The notes under the pieces are model-generated. The model had not been told where the DNA came from. It did no database searches and saw nothing but the letters and a program-made list of their open reading frames with translations. 64,000 nt of DNA, taken from NCBI GenBank assembly GCA_000708835.1, contig DF236955.1, forward strand, positions 372,001 through 436,000, given 5' to 3'. Made by a program: the position numbers and the translations under genes. This document shows, piece by piece, positions 23,764 through 35,544 of this stretch (positions within the stretch are counted from its first letter, which is position 1; the number at the start of each line of letters is the position of its first letter). Origin of the DNA: Klebsormidium nitens (taxonomy: Eukaryota > Plantae > Klebsormidiophyceae).

Positions 23764-26700
23764 ATGGCTGCCTCTAGTGGCAATCCCGACAAAATGGCGC
23801 AAGGGCCGCAGAGTGCCGCAATGCCAGCTGGCGAAGAGCCAAAAGCGGCCCCCCAGAAGCGGGACCTCATGCTCGAGATTTGGACGCTGGTTGCGATCGG
23901 CGTGCTGGTCCATGGGGACTGCGGTTCCTACCGGGGTGTGCACTTTGCGGTGCACTTGCAAGGCCTGCAGCACAAGAAGCGAATCTTAGCGTTGAACCCG
24001 ACTAAGGAGGGCTTTCCTGAGGAGAAGGTGAAAACGCTCATGAGCGAGCCTTTCAAGCTTTTCTATGAGGGGCCGGAGGGGGAAAGTGAAGGGAGCCGGA
24101 AACTGGTGATGACGTGTCCCAGCAGCCTGAAGCTGGCGGCAGATTGGAAGGCGCGTGGGTTTGTTGGAGTGCCGAAGACGGGCGCGAACGATGCCTTTGG
24201 AAGCCCCATCTTCTTCTTTCACACTCTGAATGTAAGCGGTTATCTTACTCTTCTTTTTGGCTTTCCTTGGGAAATGCTATGCCAGGGGTTGAAAAGCTTT
24301 TCTCCCGTCTGTGGCATCGCAAGACTGGCAACAATAATTGAGGTAAAGTTGTCTAAGGCGGCACAATTGTTGGCAATTGCAGCTCACAGGGCTTGATCAC
24401 GATTTGCATTGACTTTCACCAGAATACGATGGCAGGTGTACTTTTGTGCACCTCTTCCCAGGGCAGTCGTTGGCACTGATAAATTCAGTTGAATCATTTG
24501 CTCTGCATTGGGCAATTGTTGCTTAGTAGGTTGTCCCCATTACTCCTCATGTATGGGAAAGTTGCGGGGGTTTGCAGGTTGAGTTAAGAGCTTGGAAAGG
24601 TGCATGGTACCAAAAGTATCCCGCCAATTGAAGCAAGCTTACAGAGTACAGCACGCACATGCTCAGCATGACTATCTGTGGTGTGGGTAAAACTGCTTTA
24701 CCTGTGGGTAAACCCGCTTTACCACTACTTCCTCAATCTGATGACGTGTTATTTTCTTCAACTGGCTTGCATCACCAGTTCCTGGTCTGTACTATTTCCC
24801 CCCTTCCAATAAACATGTCTAGGTGACACTGTCCCTCTGCTCGTTTCGCAGGGCAAGCCAAACCGCAACGGGCCTTTAGTCTTGGGCTCGATACGCGACG
24901 CCGTGACCGAGAAGATCCGCTGGAACCCCGAGACTGGCTCCTCAATTCACGGGACACTCGAGCAGCTTAACCAGAAGTTTGAGGAAGCGGTGGTCCGGTT
25001 GCCTAGGGCATCCAAGAAAGAGGGTGCCAAGCCACAGGTGTGGGTGCAGAGGACCGGGCAGAAAAGGGGGGGGAGTGCGGTGAACAAGCTGAAGAGAAAG
25101 TGGGCAGGCGAATTGGGGGGCTTGAAGAAACGGGTCTGGGAGGGGGGGAGTGCGCTGAGGCGGGACCTGAAGAGAAAGAGGGGCCAAGGGGATGCATTGG
25201 AAGGAAGAAGCAAGGTTATGCAGGGGGCGAACGACAAAGTGTTAGGAAGCAGTCAGGGGAGGAAGATGGGGCAGACGCAACCGAACACTACAGGAGGAGG
25301 GGCGGGCCTGAGCAAGGGCCCAGTCGCGTCGAAAAAAGAAGGGACTGAGAGCACAACAAAATTGCAGCATGGATTGAAAGCCTCCAGTGCGAAAGCTGAG
25401 GGCTTGAAACACGAGAAGAAAGTGGTGGGCAGTGCGCCGGAAGTTGGAAGGGAGCCTCAGGAGCGCTGTGGTCTGGAGGGCAACGCAGGGGGTGGGCCTG
25501 TGGACGAAGAGAAAGAGCGTTCAGCGATTGGCAGCTTGAAGCAGGCTTCAGAGAAGCAGAAGCAGGAGGGAAAGGACTCCGAGAGTGAAGAGGACGATGG
25601 TGGAAATGATGGATCAGAGGTGCAAAAAAGCGGAGTACAGGGTGACAACGCTGGGGTCAAAGATACTCATGGTGGGGGCACCGGTGGGCCTAGCCAGGCT
25701 AACAGGGAGCGCGTAAACAATGGCCAGGCCATTCAGGCGGAGGTGGGCAGCGGAAAGCAAGCTGGCGATCGGGGAATTGGATTGACTGCGGTTGGGGGCG
25801 AGAGAGAGCGGGCAAAGCCTGCGATGCTGGTGAAAGGGCCAGGGCTGAGGCTTCGGATATCTCTGAAAGATCTGCCAGGGCCGGTGGCGAAGGTGCCGCG
25901 TCACTCAGGGTCGGTTGCACCGCAGGGGCAGAAGCCTGCGGGTTTGGAGGGGACAACGGAACAGTTTGGAAGCGGTGTTGTTGGGGCGAAATTGAAGTCG
26001 GAGGGGGAGAAAGATGAGGTGGTGGAATGCAGAGGAAGGTTGCCTGGCACAGCGGCAGAGCGAGGCAGCGGGGGGGTTGGGGAGAGCTCGGTCAGGGGGG
26101 ATGGAAGCCCAGTGGAACCTTCAGAGGCGATCAAGGGACAAGCCGAGGCAAAACGGAGGCCAGCAACCGAGAAAGGCCACAGGGCGGAAGGCGGGACGAA
26201 CGGGGAGAGATCAGTTCTCAGCAGCGAAGCCTTAGGAACGAGCAGATCCGACATTGTGTCGGCGCGGGAAGGGTCCGAGCCCGATGAGATCGGGCAGCCT
26301 CAAACTCCGGATAGTCACACAGCTGAAGCGAGGAAAGCAAGAGAAAAGGATCGCAGGGCTGCCTTCCCATTAGAGCCGCTCGAAGATGCGGAGGCTGTCC
26401 GAGAGCTGGTGCGCAAGTCCGCTCGGACAAAGCTGTTTGAGATGCAGCTGGTCACGGGAAGGTACCGCGACGTCGAGCGCGCTTTGCTGGAGTTGCTGAA
26501 AGCGCCGGACTGCCGCCCCGAGTTCAAAGTGGAGCTCAAGCTAGCGCTGCGGCAGATGCGCGAGGGGGACCTCCTGGCCCCTCCTCGCTGGGAGCGACTC
26601 GAAGAAGCGGCGGAGAAAGAGTGCCCAAAAGGCTTTGAGGAGATGCGGGCGGAGCGAAGTCGCAGCGGGGGGGCAGGTAGTCTGCAACTCGGTAGCATCT

Positions 26701-29700
26701 TTGCTGACGGGGCTCGTGACGTCATTGCTGGCGTTACCGTGCTGGGCCCAGCAGAGAAGATGCGGACGTGGCGGGAGGCGAGGGTTCGGAAGATGACGTC
26801 AGCACGCGTGGCGCCCGTTTTCGTGCCCAGCAGGGGGCGGGCTGACCTTGCGTACCTCAACTTTGAGGCGGAGTGCGCTTTGGGACCAAGGAGGGTAGGG
26901 GAGACGCCGGTGGTGGTGTTCGTGAGGGGCGACGAATTAGAAGCGTACCGTGCGCGGTGGCCGGAGCTGCTGTTTGCCATTCTGCCAAGGTGGGCTGACC
27001 AATCTAGTTTGTGATTGTTGGATGTCGATAGAAGCATGAACGGATGAAACTCAGCAGAGTGAAGTGTGGGGTGGAACGACTTGCTGAATATGTCGGCTGT
27101 CGGGTCCAGTCCCTTACACTGAGATCGGCTCTGATTGGTTTTGCGAGTTCCAACCCGTTGCTTTCCCGGACCTACATGCAAAAGTCCTTCATCGTGTCAA
27201 CTTTATGCTTCGCTTTCAAGACAGAATGAGTGACTTCAGATTAGCAGACTTTGCGCTTCAGTCCAACGATGAAGCGTTACTAGGTATCCACCATTGGATG
27301 ATAATCAGTTCCACCGACTCGCGATTAGACGCTGTTCGACGTCAAACGATTGCTGGGTTCTCTTTCGTACGAGCACTTTGCAGCATTGGCGCGCCTCTCG
27401 TCTGAGATCCAATCAAGCAGCCGCTGATTGGAGCAGCTGCATTTCTACAGCTCCGCAAAACCAACGACGCGTTTCCTTTGGCCCCAACTCTCACTTCCTT
27501 CGAAAGCAACTCTTTCCAACTAACTACCTCAAACACCACTTTCCTGCAGCGGGCAAGGTTGTAGCAGCATCGGCGGAGTCCGCAACACGATGAAGCGCTT
27601 TGCCGCAGCGGCGGGCCTCTCGCACTACTGGGAGATCGACGACAACGTGATGGGCTTCGTGGCCGGCCCGGAGAGGCGCCACGTGGCAATGTGGGAGGCG
27701 CTGTTATATGGGCAGCGGCAGATGCTGGAGTGTGCGGGGGAACGGGTCGGGGTGTTCGGCTTCGAGTGCTGGAAAGGACTGGACGACATTCCAGAGGACG
27801 GGGACCTGTTTCTGAAAGCGAACTCAGCGTCCATCTACAAGGTGAGGTGCAATGGAATAGTCGTTACCAGGAATAGTTTTGTGGGTGCGTTTCGAGATGT
27901 AGTACCTCGGTCGTGCCCCTACTGTGTGGATTCTAAACATTGCTCTCAGCGGATAGCGTCTGGCCATACGAAGCAGATTATGCTGTGATGAGCCAGCAAA
28001 ACTGTCCTCTTCGCTAGCTTGCAAACCGTCAAAGCGAAGGTGAAAAACTAGTTGCAACTTGACTTATTAGTCTCGATGCTGATAAGCTCTTCGAGAAGCA
28101 TTGGCATTGTCTATCACGGCTTTCTTGGTCGATAGTGGTAAAAATCGAATCTCATGTTGGAAGTCAGGTCTTCAGGATCAGTTGCTTCTATTTTTGTCAA
28201 TCAAGGTAGGCGATTTTGCTCGATTGGTTTATGCTCGTCTTCGTGCCTCGCTTTCCGGGCGGTCCCTGCTAAATTTGTCAGGTTCATGGCATTGTTGTTG
28301 ACGAGCAAAGCGTCAGAATCCATTGGTCGCAAAAGACTTGATCAGAAATACTTACTATCCTCAGGTGCGGTTGATTGATTGCCACGTCACCGCGGGCATG
28401 CGCTACCGCCCGTTCCTGCACAGCAAGGAGGACATCCTGTTCAACGCGGAGTTCACCTGCCGGGGCGGCCGCACCCTCAAGAGCCTCTGGTTCCGCTACG
28501 TGCGCTCGTTCTGGTCCCAGGGCGGCTGCCACGATGCCCGGAACCCTGTCCAAATTACCAGCGTATCTGGGGTAGGGGGAGCGGACAATCTGGCAAGATC
28601 GGCGGGGACAGGGGCGGGAGAAGAGGGCCTCTTGGGTGCCAACGCGTCTGGGCCTGTCGAAGGCTCAGAAAAGACGGTTTTGGAGGTGCGGTTAGACACG
28701 GCTCCGGAAAAGGCGGCAGCCGTTTCTGCACTGTTCCCGGCAGTCGGGCCGAGGCCACAGTTTCTGGGGGTCAACAGACCGGGACCGTTGAGCGGAGCGC
28801 AAGGTGGCTGGAGTATTCCCAAAGTGGACAGCGGCGTGGCGGGCTCTGATCGCCTCCACGCTTCTGCTGCGGGTTCGTTGGAGCCACGCAAACGTCTTGG
28901 ACCTCTAAACATTCCCGCATCGGTCCCAGAAACCGAGATTCCGGGTCCCCCGAGCGAGTATCAGCCAGCGGGAAGAGTTCAGAGGAAGGTCTCTGCTCGG
29001 GGCGGCGAACTTGGCTTCGGGGCGGCGTCTCCAGTAGCGACCCGGAGAACGAAATGCAGAAGCGCCTGCGATTCAGTCGAAGACGGCTCTGCAAATTTTG
29101 TGCAACCTGTCCCCGGCGCGCAAACAAGGCCGCTAGGTCCGGATCTACCTGTTCCGCCTGGCACCCCTCCACACCAAAGCTCCCCGGATACCCCCCCCCA
29201 AAGCAGTGCGCCGGAATACCCGCCTGGCTTGAGCTCGCCAGGCACCCCCCCGCGAGGTGGATCCTGCTCTAACAATCCGTCCTCCCCTCGTGAAACTGTT
29301 AGTATTCCCCCGAAATGGGGTGTGCCAAAGGCACTCGAAGAAGAAAGCGACGGAAGCGATGATTCAGCAGGAGAGTCAGAGTCAGAAGCCGAATCCGAGG
29401 CCCATTTTGGAAGCCCGCCTCGGTCTTTTCCTGCTCCTCTAAGGGAAGCGCCCGCGCCTTTGACCCCACCGCCTGTGACCCCGAGGAAACAGAAAAAGCG
29501 ACCGAGCGTAAAAGCCGAGCGATCGAGGCCGGCCTGGATGGAGCGGAGTAAAGACGATGAAGGTAAGCCGTTGATTGGAAAATTTTGTAGGCGTGAGACA
29601 GTAGAAGTAGTGGGAAACGCGATCTCATCTTGTTGACTTCGTTGAGAAGTCGGCCAGCCTGCCCGAAAGAAGTACTACGACGTCTTGGCAGGCTTTGTGC

Positions 29701-31019
29701 GCCCCTACTTTTACCATCCCTACTCCAGAGCTTTTTCTGGAATCACTCTCCTGTTGCGATTCTTGGTTTCAACTCCCGAAGCTTCTCTGCTTGTGCTGTT
29801 CCAACAGATTGTAATCGCATTTTTATTTTTCAAATTGCGTACCGATTCTGCTTGTTGTCACCGAACGTTGATTCATATGCTGCGCAATCCGGCGATTTGA
29901 TCCTTAGCCCTCGCCTTGCCCTTTTACCGTGATGTTCGATTACCGTGCTCCTTCTCAGGAGGCTCAAACCTTCACTCGTGGCAAACAAGTTGTGCTGCGA
30001 AGCGTAGCTGGTGCATCCGCTGAGTCGTTTATATCAAGTTCAGTTCTATGGGGTCGGCCAAAGGCAAATCCAAGCCGGGTCGCACTCCGTCATCGCCCTA
30101 CCAGCAGGCCTACCGCCCCACCGCTCAACGTTCCTCTGCTATGTTCGTCAGGTATCTGGTTGACGTCACTTGACTCATTGGTCTTTTGAAGTTTACTTTC
30201 CTCTTATGTTCTGTTCTGCTCAGTTTAATGTCAATGCGGCCTTATCTCTATTCCACCCGTGCAGATCTATTGGGGCCGGCCGTGGCAATGACGGGTGCAG
30301 AGCTGGCCGCGGCGCTGCAGAGTGACGTCACGCTGACGGAGGCCTACGTCAAGGAGCAGCGGGCCCTGCGGAAGCGCGGCCGGCTGGGCGGGCTGTCAGG
30401 GAAGCTGAAGGCCGCCGAGAAGCAGCGGCAACTGTTAGCGAAGCTAGATAAGCTCCTCGAGATGGGGACGTACAGCATCGTGAAACGGAAGAAAGTCAAG
30501 CGGAGAGCGGTGCAAGAGGATCACGATCTATGGGAGTGCCCGGGAGACATGTTCAGCGGACATGCGCAGGGGAAAACTAGAGCGAAGATTAAATTGGCCG
30601 AGGCGGCGGACATAACGGTTATGAAAGATGAGGAGCTGCGGGAAACGCACCGGGAGATCATGGCCGTCGCGGATAGGCTGGGGAAGAAGGGCCGCCTCCG
30701 AAAGAGCCCGTTCGGGGGGCAGGTGATCTTGCGCCTCGCGCGGCTGCTCGCGTCGCGTAATGCGCGTGTGCACCAGCAGGCCGCGCGCACGCTTTCGGAC
30801 TTGGCGGGGCGGTGTGACGTCACGGGGTGCGCGAGACGGGTTGAGGGGTTCAGGAAAGCGGCGCGAGACGCTTTGGGGTTTCTGGTCGACCACTGGGAGC
30901 TGTTTAGGGACGAGCGGTTTGGCATGCGCCTGATCGAGGTTAACAAACTGTTCCGCCTGGGCTTGATAATGTTTCGTAGGCGTGTACTGACGGGTGGATT
31001 CGATGCAAATGTAAGCTGA
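23764..31019 (+). CDS. Large multidomain protein: tentative 2OG-Fe(II) dioxygenase-like N-domain, low-complexity linker, GREB1/JGT-like (TAGT) glycosyltransferase, Pro/Ser linker, ARM-like helical tail
   Basis: Exons 23764-24231, 24852-26989, 27550-27841, 28365-29562, 30044-30151 (least certain) and 30265-31019 are all phase-consistent: 4959 nt, 1652 aa. GT-A motifs PVFVPSRGRA, ELEAYRARWPELLFAILP, IGGVRNTMKRFA, YWEIDDNV, KEDILFN, SQGG. Confidence 0.85.
24682..24723. repeat. Tandem 21-bp unit, each copy a GGTAAA-N5-TTTACC inverted repeat
   Basis: TGTGGGTAAAACTGCTTTACC followed by TGTGGGTAAACCCGCTTTACC, in intron 1 of the glycosyltransferase gene. Confidence 0.85.
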
Positions 31020-33066
31020 AAGGGCCTCATGCTTCAGTTTGTACTAGGCCAATCGTGGCACACCTGCGCATGTCTGGATCTGAGAGTCTAGCAGTGGATG
31101 CGCATTTGAAGCTCAGCATAGTATACAAGCCCGCTTTCAGACAAGGCTGATTGAAGTTCCTACGAACTGGTTGAACACAGCCGAGGATGGATGCAATCTA
31201 CAAGGGTCGGATGTGACCGTGCATGCAATGTAAATCGGATCTATTACATATCAACGTGACTGCATGCACTATAGTGATTAGTACTCAATGTTCAACATGT
31301 GCCGATTCAATGTCCTGAAACAATTACTCAGTGTACATGTGCACTCGATCAATCTTCAGGTGCAGCTAGCTCTGGTGTTCTAGTACGCCGTGCAGCTGCA
31401 TGTATAATATGTTGCACATGCACCCCTTCAGCGCTCTCGTGCACGATCCTCTCGACTGATGCCCAGATTGTCCACGTATGTTCAAGATGGTTGAGTGCAC
31501 CGTGCAAATCAGATTGTGCCCAGTGCGACAACAGCATGGCAGCAGAGCTGTTGAATTCGTCTTAAGCTGCTCACAAGCATGCCAGCCTGACTCACTCACG
31601 CATGTGATCGTGGTCACTTGGCAGTCGGAACACTCCGCAATTGGATGTATCTTTTGTTAAGCAACCTGAATTGTACTCTCAGAATCTGAAGAACTAGCTC
31701 TACGAACGCGTGAAGACAAGCTCCAGTTCATCTTTTTATAGGGCTTTTCGTATGTATATCAAATGACGGCCATTTGGGCATTCACGTTTGGAGAAGCGTC
31801 ACCCCTACCGACACCTGCCGAAAGACAACACAAACCCCTGGGCACAACTTGCAATTAAGCGCGACTCTATGGGCGGACTAAAGTCGATCCCTGTAGGAGA
31901 CTACGCTGTGCAGCTCACACGCGTATCATAGTCGAGGATGAGGCCGCTATTCTAGATGACTATGGGGTGTGACCGTAACTCGCCTCGACAACACCAAGCA
32001 AAGCATCGATGTCCCTTGGCCCTGTGTAATTGAGTATGGGCTTCGTCCCTTGGAAGAGGACGAGCGACGGGAAGCCTTTCAGGTTCAGATCCATCACCGG
32101 TTCCGAGTATACATCGGCGTTGAGCCGTGCCACCTGTCCACCAGCAGAAACGAATAGCTTGTCAACATAGAAAGCCGATAAAGATCACGGACCGTCGCAT
32201 CTGCACTCACTCCTCAATTGCACATGCCTTAAGATACTTTCGACACCAACCCTGCATATATCCTCCGTCCTGTTGTGTTATGAATTCTTTGAAAATCTGG
32301 CGACTAGGCCCCTTGCACACGGCTTTTAACCTGGATTGCTAAAATGGAAGTGGACTCAGGTATCGAAGCGGCATACCTGTACATTCAAGCCCTTCTCAGA
32401 TATGCGCTTCGCGAGCTCCTCCCAGGTTGGGGCCATGCGTTTGCAGTACGGGCACCAATCCGTGTAGAACTTGACGATTGTGGGCCTGCACGGAGAAAAC
32501 ATTTGTCGAGCACAAACTTTGCTCGAGGGGCGGAATACTAGATACCCCGGTTTGATCCCGAAACCTCGAACAGATAACTATGAAAGATTCCTCCCCAGAA
32601 TAGAGTCGGCCGGGGCTGAGATCCGCACCCGTTCTTTGATGAACGCGAAAGCGAGAGAACGTCACGTACAAAGTAGGAGTCTGATTTCGAGGAGGACTTT
32701 CTGCGACGAGCCACCAAGGCGAGAACCTCAGACGCGGAGCGGATTGACTTACCTGGTTGTCAACACGGGAACAAAGTTGTCGACGTTCAGGTCTACGACC
32801 GTGCCCTGCATTTCCCGTCTGCGTAGACACAAGGCGATCAATAACGAGCTGCAAAGTAGACACGTGATCAGGAGAACAAAGCCGAACATGATCTGTGAGG
32901 TTACTCATAGATGCTAAAACTGCCCGTTTTCACACCTGCTCGTCCGTTTCTGTGTTACCGTTCAGAAACGAAGATGCTGTAATCATAACGAGCCTTCATT
33001 CCTCGGTCGAGACAATTAAAAAAGCACAAGTGATTGCAGGAGAGGCCGTTGAAGGTGAGAAAGGAC

Positions 33067-35544
33067 TCACAACTGCTCTTCTGCCGCCAGCCGCATGGCC
33101 ACAATCCGCACCTCCTGCTGGTGCCGATATGCCCGGCGCACCAAGCCCCCCGCAGCGGCTACGGCCACCGCAAACACGACCGCTCCGACTACCAACTGCG
33201 CCTCGCGGGGGCCTTTCTGCATCATTGGAAGCGCCCTCCCCTGCAAGCTCCGGGCTGTCTCGGACAAGCTGCCCAATACCTCACCCCCGCCTCGCTGCAC
33301 CTTCCGGAGCGTTTCTAGGGCGTGCAGTCCGAGGGTTTTGAAGGGGTTTCGCGGCGCTCCTTGGGCATTTGCCACCTGGCTACGCAGCTCGGAGAGCCTC
33401 CGCGTGAGGCTCTCCTCGGCTGCGAGCAGTGGGGGCTGCTCAGTTGTCCGCAGCTGAGCATCGGATGAGGGGGAGTGTGGTTGGGGGGCCAGGAGCGGAA
33501 AGGCTGCGGGGGTGGCTTGAGGGACAGGCAGGAAACGGGCGGTATGGGGATTGTTTGGTACTTGAGGTTCTGTGTGGTTGAGCTGTTGGATGGACGTTGA
33601 GGCGGAGGACCAGGCAGACCCGGCCAGCATCTGTGAGGACGGCGGGAAGTATGAGAGGAATGAAAAGTATGAAGGCTCCTTCAGGAGGGGCTTCGAAGGA
33701 GGCAAGATGGGACGCTCTAAGTTGAAGGGAAAGACAGGATGAATGTTTTTTTGTGGTTCCTTTGTGGCAGTAACGGAACTTGTCGGCGTTAATGAGAACC
33801 AATTAATGGACAGTTCGCCCCGTATTTGTCAAAGCCAAGTTCACTTGATTAAAGACTTGGAAGTAGATCATATTGAAGCTTGGAGACCTCAACATAGAAC
33901 TTGCACAAGAGTTCGAGAGAACGGGGCATAGAAAAGCAGGCACCCTTCCTTTGCACAATCGCCATGTCAACCAACAGGGGCACCTTCATCCTCTCATTCA
34001 GGTGTTTGCTGAGGGGATCCAAACAAGCGAACACGAAGGTGCAAAACTCAGGATATGAAGCATTTGCCTACCCGGGCTGGCTGCCACCAAGCCCTTTCCT
34101 CCCCTTCTGCCTCCTCCCCTTGCCACGGCCCGGCTGTCTGGGTGGTCGTGAGCGCTTCTTGCTGGAGATCTCGCAGCAGGGCCTCTAGATTGGCCACCTC
34201 GCGGCTCATCTTTTCCAGTTTGGCCTGCTCGCAGACATGAGGCAAGTGAGAACGACTGACTGCCTGTTCACGGAGGTTCTGTGCAAAACTGCCGGACTGA
34301 GTCATCTGGTACAACCAGCCACGTACCTCAGCAACCTACAGGGGTGACGAAGCTTGTTGCTGAGACACTTTTCACGATGGAAGAGCTTTCACGATGTCTT
34401 CCCCCTCAGAGGGAAAGAAATTTCTCCCCATAAAATGAGAACTATCAAGGCTGCCTACTTTACCTAGATCGGGACTCAGTTTCAGCAGTTGTATGGGGCG
34501 CCAGCAAAATGAGAAAGAAGGGAACACCATGAAAAGATGGTCACCTCCATCTCCGCCTTCTCAAGTGCCCAGGAAGCATTATTTGCAGAACTCTCAGCTT
34601 GGATCTCCTGCAGATGCACCTGCAGGTACCGTAAAAAAGGTCGATGCAGCACCAAGGAACCAATCTATAAAGTCCAGGTCTGCCAGGAAGCTGCAGAGAG
34701 AAGCCTTTGCGTGGGACTTTCTTGCAGAGAGAAGGCTTTGAATTGGAGATCCTAATAGAGTGGAGCGTGCGACGACTAAACTAGAACCAGAATTAAACAC
34801 ATGCTATCAGTCTGCTCTCGGATACGATAACAGGCCGTCTGTACCAGATTGCAATGAGGAAACCAAAACAAGCTGGAAAGCTGCCGTACATAGGGTGATT
34901 ACCTCAAAAGACTTGCTGCCTTTTGTTGCATGACCAGCTGACCCTTGTGCCAGTCCCAGCAGTGCGGGCCACGTGCCATTGTGAAACACTTGTGCAGCAT
35001 CCGAGTGCCTAACCTCTGCCTTGACAGCCTTCTCGTGAGACTCAAGAACTTGCAGGACTGTTTCAAACTGCTTGAAGTGGGTGGCTGCCTCAACGGCAAC
35101 TGCGCCTTTCATAGATTGTTTGTTTGATAAGGGGCTGTCCCTTGATGTTTTTGGCCTGGTAAACTGGCCCTCGTTTGACTGTGATGCTGCCGTCAGGTTT
35201 TCAGAGGCTGTTGTGGCCCTTGCTTCAGCTGAGGTCCTTTCTGCGTGCACCTTCACATCATGTTGCCAGCTGTCTGTAAGAACATACGTCACAGGATGTC
35301 CATTGCGCAGGAACGCCCGATTTTCTGCCAATTGATCAACTCCTATATTAAGCTGCGTTTTACCAGCCCTGGGTCTGAGAAAGGGACCCCCATGATGGCC
35401 TTTCTGACCTCCCTGACTGCTGGCTTCATCGTTCAAGGCGTGGCACGAGAGGTCTGTTTTCTCCAGGTGACCTCTGTGGATCCCGTTCTGTTCGACAATT
35501 GAAGGGGAGGAAGTAGCACTTGCCCTGATTGCAATCTGGGCCAT
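33067..35544 (-). CDS. Hypothetical multi-exon protein with coiled-coil segments and a C-terminal transmembrane helix
   Basis: Exon 1 is 35544-34903 (donor GAG|GTAATC). Internal exon encodes EQAKLEKMSREVANLEALLRDLQQE. Late exon about 33630-33071 ends LVVGAVVFAVAVAAAGGLVRRAYRH. Middle exon structure is uncertain and no family was recognised. Confidence 0.6.

Noticed and set aside
27984-28081. Possible intronic C/D snoRNA (GTGATGA ... CTGA)
   Set aside because: No convincing terminal stem or recognisable rRNA guide sequence.
20800-33000. Idea that the glycosyltransferase gene lies in an intact transposon or endogenous virus, or has a separate TET/JBP neighbour
   Set aside because: I found no terminal inverted repeats, target-site duplications, transposase, integrase or capsid ORFs, and no separate TET/JBP gene in the window.
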